Of a stretch of 64,000 bases of DNA, positions 59,217 through 64,000 are shown piece after piece. Within the stretch, counting starts at the first letter, position 1. Each line of letters begins with the position of its first letter. Where the stretch lies: NCBI GenBank assembly GCA_023380635.1, contig JAMCRP010000001.1, forward strand, positions 109,305 through 173,304, written 5' to 3'. The stretch comes from Patescibacteria group bacterium. Lineage in GTDB: Bacteria; Patescibacteriota; Microgenomatia; JAMCZE01. The notes beneath the pieces are model-generated. The model was not told where the DNA came from. It saw only the letters and a program-made list of their open reading frames with translations, and did no database searches. The position numbers were made by a program, and so were the translations under genes.

Positions 59217-60250
59217 GTAAGTTTTTCAATTTCCTCAACAATTTTTTCTGCCGCGTCGGGATGGACGAGAGTCTTCCCTTTTTTGGCATTTTCCGAATAA
59301 ACAGAATAGTTTTTCTCAATTTTGTTGATAGTCTCTAAAAGGGTTTCTCCGGATAATTTTTCCTGGCGAATAATTTCCGCCATTCCCAAATTAGCCAAAG
59401 TCTCGGCATTTTTCTGTTGTTCTCCCCCGCTCGACCAGGGGATTGGGATTAGAATTGCAGGTTTACCTAAAAATGCTATTTCCTCAATCGTATTTGCCCC
59501 CGCCCGGGAAACTACAATTCTGGCGTCTGCCAAAGTTTGGGCCGATTCTTCTCCATTTAAAAACTTTTTAACGACATAATTTTTTAATTCTTTGGCTTTT
59601 TCAAAATCTTTGTACATTGAATCCCCTGTTTGGTGAATAACCTTGTACTTTTCAACCAACTCTTCAATTATTTCCGCGACAGCGGTGTTAATCACGTGCG
59701 CCCCTTGATTCCCGCCCGTAATATAAATCGTTCTTGACGCTTTATCCTTTACGCTTGACGCTTTCAAAACTTCTTCTCTAATCGGGTTGCCGGTATCCAA
59801 AACTTTAGCCCCGAATATTCTTATGATTCTGTTAGCCAGACCCACAGATTTAGTTTGCTCATGGGTAGCAATCGGGACATCCCAAAGCCACGCGGAAATG
59901 ACCACGGGCACGGCCACATAACCGCCGAAGGAAAGAACTACGGCCGGCTGGTACCGCAAAACCCAATAGAGAGATTGGATAAAACCGACGGGGATTTTCA
60001 AAAGCGATCTAATGGATTGACCGACATTAACGAAGAATTTTCTTTGCAGTCTCCCTGTGGTAATGCTTAAGTACCTTAAGTTTCTTAAGTTACTTAAGTT
60101 TCCTATCTCCTGATATTCCAGCGCCAACGCCTTGTCGTCTTCCATCGCATATTTCCGGCCGAGGTAAAAGATTTGCCAATCCTTTGGCATTTTCGCCATT
60201 ACCGCTTTTGCCGGAGCAAAATGCCCGCCGGTTATAAATATTTTCTTCAT
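59213..60250 (-). CDS. murG: Lipid II GlcNAc transferase MurG
   Basis: TGGH, FGGYVA, HEQ, TGNPIR, SRAGA, QQKNA. Confidence 0.92.
   Translation of the reverse strand: MKKIFITGGHFAPAKAVMAKMPKDWQIFYLGRKYAMEDDKALALEYQEIGNLSNLRNLRYLSITTGRLQRKFFVNVGQSIRSLLKIPVGFIQSLYWVLRYQPAVVLSFGGYVAVPVVISAWLWDVPIATHEQTKSVGLANRIIRIFGAKVLDTGNPIREEVLKASSVKDKASRTIYITGGNQGAHVINTAVAEIIEELVEKYKVIHQTGDSMYKDFEKAKELKNYVVKKFLNGEESAQTLADARIVVSRAGANTIEEIAFLGKPAILIPIPWSSGGEQQKNAETLANLGMAEIIRQEKLSGETLLETINKIEKNYSVYSENAKKGKTLVHPDAAEKIVEEIEKLT
60066..60101. repeat. 9-bp array CTTAAGT-NN x4 inside murG
   Basis: CTTAAGTAC CTTAAGTTT CTTAAGTTA CTTAAGTTT, encoding NLSNLRNLRYL. Confidence 0.85.
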
Positions 60251-61332
60251 GATAGATTTTGTCGCCAGATATTACCTAGAATTCCAATCCCTATTAACTC
60301 TACCACCAAAGCCGACCCGCCGTAGGAAATGAAAGGCAGCGGCACGCCGGTCAGGGGAATTAAGGCCACAATTGATCCGAGATTAACCAGAGTTTGGACG
60401 GCCAACCAGGCAATGATCCCCAGACCCAAAAGCCGGCCGAAATTGTCCTCCACCTGAAGAGTCAGCCGCGTCGCCTGAAGAAAAAAAACGGCAAAAATCA
60501 AAATCAGGGCGACTGCTCCGATCAACCCCAATTCTTCGCCGATTATGGCAAAGATAGAGTCAGTAGTGGCCTCAGGAAGATAAGAATATTTTTGCCGGGA
60601 ATTGCCTAAACCCAAGCCAAATATTCCACCGCTGCCCAGGGCAATCAAAGCCTGACGAATATGATAGGAAGCACCCAGCGGGTCGGTATCCGGATTAAGG
60701 AAAGTTAGTAATCTTTTTACCCGGTAGGGCGATTTAATCGCCAGGCCAAGACCGCCGAGCATAATCAAAGGCAGCATAAATATCAAACCCAAAAGTTCAT
60801 TATCAGATAAAAAATATAAAATCATCGCGGTCAAAAACAGGACGATAGCTGTGCCCATATCGGGCTGGAGCATGATTAAGCCAACTAAAAAGCCGACCAG
60901 GAGAATAAAAGCCGGCAGCCTGCCTTTCTCTTTAGTCGTCAGCCAGGCAGAAAGGTAAATTATTAAAGACAATTTCGCCAGTTCTGACGGCTGCAAAACG
61001 GTAAAACCCAAATTAATCCAGCGTGAGGCTCCATTAGACCGGAGGCCTATGCCGGGAAGGAAAACGGCAACCATTAAAACCAAAGTGACCGCCAATGCCG
61101 GCAAAGCCAGTTTCTTAAGCTGCCGGTAGTCGAAAAAATAGGCAAAAACAGCGGCCATTATTCCAACCACGGCCCACTTAAGTTGCTCCTTCAAAAAAAA
61201 ATATTTATCGTTGAATGTTTGGGCGCCAGTGGCGGATGAGGCATCATAAACCACCAGAAGTCCGAAAAGCAGTAGAAAAACCACAACCAGAAGGATCTTT
61301 TGAAAACCTATTACTTGATGACCCCGAGCCAT
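60247..61332 (-). CDS. ftsW: SEDS protein FtsW
   Basis: QPSELAK, QPDMGT, GLGNSRQK, LPEATTD, dcw position. Confidence 0.92.
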   Translation of the reverse strand: MARGHQVIGFQKILLVVVFLLLFGLLVVYDASSATGAQTFNDKYFFLKEQLKWAVVGIMAAVFAYFFDYRQLKKLALPALAVTLVLMVAVFLPGIGLRSNGASRWINLGFTVLQPSELAKLSLIIYLSAWLTTKEKGRLPAFILLVGFLVGLIMLQPDMGTAIVLFLTAMILYFLSDNELLGLIFMLPLIMLGGLGLAIKSPYRVKRLLTFLNPDTDPLGASYHIRQALIALGSGGIFGLGLGNSRQKYSYLPEATTDSIFAIIGEELGLIGAVALILIFAVFFLQATRLTLQVEDNFGRLLGLGIIAWLAVQTLVNLGSIVALIPLTGVPLPFISYGGSALVVELIGIGILGNIWRQNLS

Positions 61333-62324
61333 AAGCCAAAGATTGCAAAGAGGATGGCAATCAGCCAAAACCGGGTAACAACCTTAGGCTCTTCCCACCC
61401 CCGATACATAAACCATAAATGAAGAGGGGCGACGGCAAACAGCTTTTTGCCGGAGAAATGCTTGGAAAGCATCTGAAGAAGCGAGCTGCCGACTTCCAAA
61501 ACAAAAACGCCGCCGATGACGGCTAAGGCCAAGGCCTTACCGGTTAATAAACCCACGACTGCCAGTGTCGCGCCGAAAGCCAGCGCCCCTGTATCTCCCA
61601 GCTCCACCCGGGCCGGAAAGATATTAAAGTAGAGAAAGGCAATTAAAGCTCCGGCCCAGACGGCAATAAAAAGCGCTAAGGCCGGATGCAGCAACTCGTA
61701 AGACAAGACCAAAAAAGCCATTAGACAAATAAGGAGCACGCCGGTAGACAACCCGTCAAGTCCGTCGGTAATGTTATAGGCGTTGGCAAAAGCCACGACA
61801 ATAAATGCCGCCAGCGGTACAAACAAAACACCAATATTAAGCATCCCGAACCAGTGGATATTGAGAAAATCATAGCCCAAAACGGCCCAGAAATAGGTGC
61901 CGATGATAAGCCCAAGAATTACCTGAATAATCAGCTTGTGCCGCCAGCGCAGACCAAAGAAACCCGTCCGCTCTTTATTAAAATTCTTGCGGAAATCATC
62001 GTAGAAACCCAGAAGGGCAAAAGACAGCATCGAAAATAGCAGAATTGCCAGTTCGGAAATGTTGGCCCGAACCGCCAGCATGCCATAGGACCACAACGAA
62101 AGGACAGTGGTCATAACGACAATCAGAACTCCTGCTCCGATTGGACGCTGTTTTTTATATCCCAGAAGTTTCGCGGTAATAGAAGTGGCTTTATTCAGGG
62201 TATCAACTCTTTTGTTCTCGTCCGTTCGTTTAAAATGGATTTTATAAAGAAAATCGATGAAAGGAACCAAAAGGACGGCGGTGATAAAAAAAGACAATAA
62301 AAGCAAGCCTAAAAGTGGTCCCAT
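61311..62324 (-). CDS. mraY: Phospho-MurNAc-pentapeptide transferase
   Basis: GFYDD, NAYNITDGLDGL, LGDTG, APLH, EPKVV.RFW. Confidence 0.92.
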   Translation of the reverse strand: MGPLLGLLLLSFFITAVLLVPFIDFLYKIHFKRTDENKRVDTLNKATSITAKLLGYKKQRPIGAGVLIVVMTTVLSLWSYGMLAVRANISELAILLFSMLSFALLGFYDDFRKNFNKERTGFFGLRWRHKLIIQVILGLIIGTYFWAVLGYDFLNIHWFGMLNIGVLFVPLAAFIVVAFANAYNITDGLDGLSTGVLLICLMAFLVLSYELLHPALALFIAVWAGALIAFLYFNIFPARVELGDTGALAFGATLAVVGLLTGKALALAVIGGVFVLEVGSSLLQMLSKHFSGKKLFAVAPLHLWFMYRGWEEPKVVTRFWLIAILFAIFGLWLGVIK

Positions 62325-62326
62325 AG

Positions 62327-63706
62327 CTATTGTTCAACCGTAGCCGTAACTGCGGGCCGTTTGGTATATGCTACAACATCACCGGGGATAATTTCAATCG
62401 CAGCGCCCAGAGAAACCAGATTTTCCGCTAAATTTTCATAGCCCCGGGCCACCTGGTCATGAGTATCAATAATTACAGTTTTTCCGGATGCTACCAGCCC
62501 AGCTAAAATCATCGTCGCGCCCATGCGCACATCATTGGCTTCAACTTGTTTCCCGGCAAGTGGGGTGGGGCCGGTAATTTTTAGAGCGTGGAGATTTTCC
62601 GGCTTATCATCACCCAGATTAAAATTGTAAAAGTCCTCCGGGTTTAAAACCTGCGGGTTAAAAAGCTCCATTTTTGCTCCCATGGAAACTAAAAACGGCA
62701 CATAACCAAACCGGTTTTCGAAAATGGTTTCTGTGATTTCAGAGGTTCCCACAGCTTGAGTCATCAAAGTTGCCCAGACCGCTTGCCAATCCGTCATGAA
62801 GGCCGGATAAGGAGCGGCAGTAATATCCGCGGCACGCAGGGGTTTTTCCCAGCGGAAATTGATCCCCTCTTCCCGTGTTTCCCAGAGGCCGCCGATTTCT
62901 CTTACTTTCTCCAAAAAAGCCCCGAGAACTTTGTTATCCGCCCTTTCCACAAAAACTTCTCCTTTTGTCGCCAAGGCGGCGCAGGCAAAAGTAACTACAG
63001 TATTACGGTCGGTCATAACTTCGTGGGTAGCTCCGCGAAGATGCGCGACGCCGTCAATAACGATGGTCCGGGGCTCCGTCCGTTTGATTTTTGCCCCAGC
63101 CTGGTTTAAAAAAGTAATTAAATCATCCACTTCCGGTTCCGCCGCCGCATTTTCCAAGACTGTCCTGCCGGATGCTCTAACCGCCGCCAAAAGCAGTGTC
63201 TCCGTCCCGGTATGAGTGTTCTTGGGAAAACGAAAGTTTCCTCCCCTGAGTCCTTTCGCGGCGGTAATAATAAAAACTCCGTCTTTGAGCTTGACTGTAG
63301 CCCCTAACGCTTCCAAACCAGCAAGATGACGGTCAATCGGCCGGGCACCGATTTTGTCACCGCCGGGAATCGGCAAGACAGCCTTTTTAAACTTGGCCAG
63401 AAGCGGCCCAACGAAAATTGTTCCCGCCCGGGATTTGAGGCCACAGCTTTTAGGAGCATTAAACGAATCCAGACTCTTTGGATCAATTTCCATTGTCCGG
63501 TTACCCCGATCAGTTACTCTGCCGCCCAAACACCTGATTATTTCCGTGGTGTTTTCAATATCTCCGATATAGCTTAAGTTTTTAATTTCACTGGGGGAGT
63601 CACAAAGAAGAGCTGCAATCATCTCTTTAAAACCGGCATTTTTGGCTCCGTGAACCCTGACTTTTCCGTGAAGGTGTTTCCCGCCGGTTATGACATACTT
63701 CGTCAT
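62327..63706 (-). CDS. murA: UDP-GlcNAc 1-carboxyvinyltransferase
   Basis: GAKNA, PGGDKIGARP, EPEV, FENR, RGYE. Start 63706 or 63718. Confidence 0.93.
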   Translation of the reverse strand: MTKYVITGGKHLHGKVRVHGAKNAGFKEMIAALLCDSPSEIKNLSYIGDIENTTEIIRCLGGRVTDRGNRTMEIDPKSLDSFNAPKSCGLKSRAGTIFVGPLLAKFKKAVLPIPGGDKIGARPIDRHLAGLEALGATVKLKDGVFIITAAKGLRGGNFRFPKNTHTGTETLLLAAVRASGRTVLENAAAEPEVDDLITFLNQAGAKIKRTEPRTIVIDGVAHLRGATHEVMTDRNTVVTFACAALATKGEVFVERADNKVLGAFLEKVREIGGLWETREEGINFRWEKPLRAADITAAPYPAFMTDWQAVWATLMTQAVGTSEITETIFENRFGYVPFLVSMGAKMELFNPQVLNPEDFYNFNLGDDKPENLHALKITGPTPLAGKQVEANDVRMGATMILAGLVASGKTVIIDTHDQVARGYENLAENLVSLGAAIEIIPGDVVAYTKRPAVTATVEQ

Positions 63707-63733
63707 CGCAGCGAACATAGTATAATGGAACTA

Positions 63734-64000
63734 ATGGCCAAAGTACAATCTGATGTCGATCTTCTGCCATACAACACTTTTAAAGTTTGCGTCAAAGCAA
63801 AATATTTTATGGAGATCAGCTCTCCACAGGATTTGAAGGATTTGCCTAAAGAAAAAACCTTAATCCTTGGCGGGGGATCAAATATCCTGCTAACAAAAGA
63901 TTTCGACGGCCTGGTCGTAAAAAATAATTTACTGGGCAAAACAGTCAACGGAGACACAATCGAAGTAGCCACCGGAGAAAAATGGCTGGAGTTTGTCCAA
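63734..64000 (+). CDS. murB: UDP-MurNAc dehydrogenase, N-terminal part (runs off window end)
   Basis: Not in ORF track. Manual translation MAKVQSDVDLLPYNTFKV..AKYF...LILGGGSNILLTKDFDGLVV; TATAAT-7-ATG. Confidence 0.9.
   Translation, partial: MAKVQSDVDLLPYNTFKVCVKAKYFMEISSPQDLKDLPKEKTLILGGGSNILLTKDFDGLVVKNNLLGKTVNGDTIEVATGEKWLEFVQ

Noticed and set aside
480-63577. Numerous short ORFs opposite or within long genes
   Set aside because: Shadows of well-supported genes with no motifs of their own.
63703-63972. 89-aa minus-strand ORF
   Set aside because: Antisense shadow of murB.
1-64000. CRISPR array, prophage, IS element, intein or alternative genetic code
   Set aside because: No spaced repeats, integrase or transposase seen; dnaE and other core genes are uninterrupted; TGA acts as a stop.

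Overview
Very gene-dense bacterial chromosome segment in standard genetic code, mostly minus-strand genes. Gene content, trimmed proteins, scarce Shine-Dalgarno sites and interspersed ORFans suggest a Patescibacteria (CPR), probably Microgenomates-type, genome (inference). It holds uvrB-uvrA-X-uvrC divergent from lexA, a pgm-ppsA-eno/gpmA cluster, typA, rplS, dnaE, gatCAB with murT-gatD, htpX, polX, obgE, a surface-glycosylation locus, lepB, parB, rplU/rpmA, rodA, ileS, a reduced dcw cluster and six tRNAs. I saw no integrase, transposase or CRISPR array. Most notable: (1) an ileS T-box riboswitch that joins an ultrashort, actinobacterial-type stem I (AUC specifier) to a transcriptional terminator; (2) many short 7-, 9- and 10-bp tandem arrays written in-frame into unrelated core genes, some shared between genes; (3) tRNAs with non-canonical T- and D-loops; (4) a leaderless uORF/terminator candidate attenuator; (5) resistance-type active-site motifs in IleRS (GVHH) and MurA (Cys to Asp). 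All calls come from reading motifs by eye; no searches were run.
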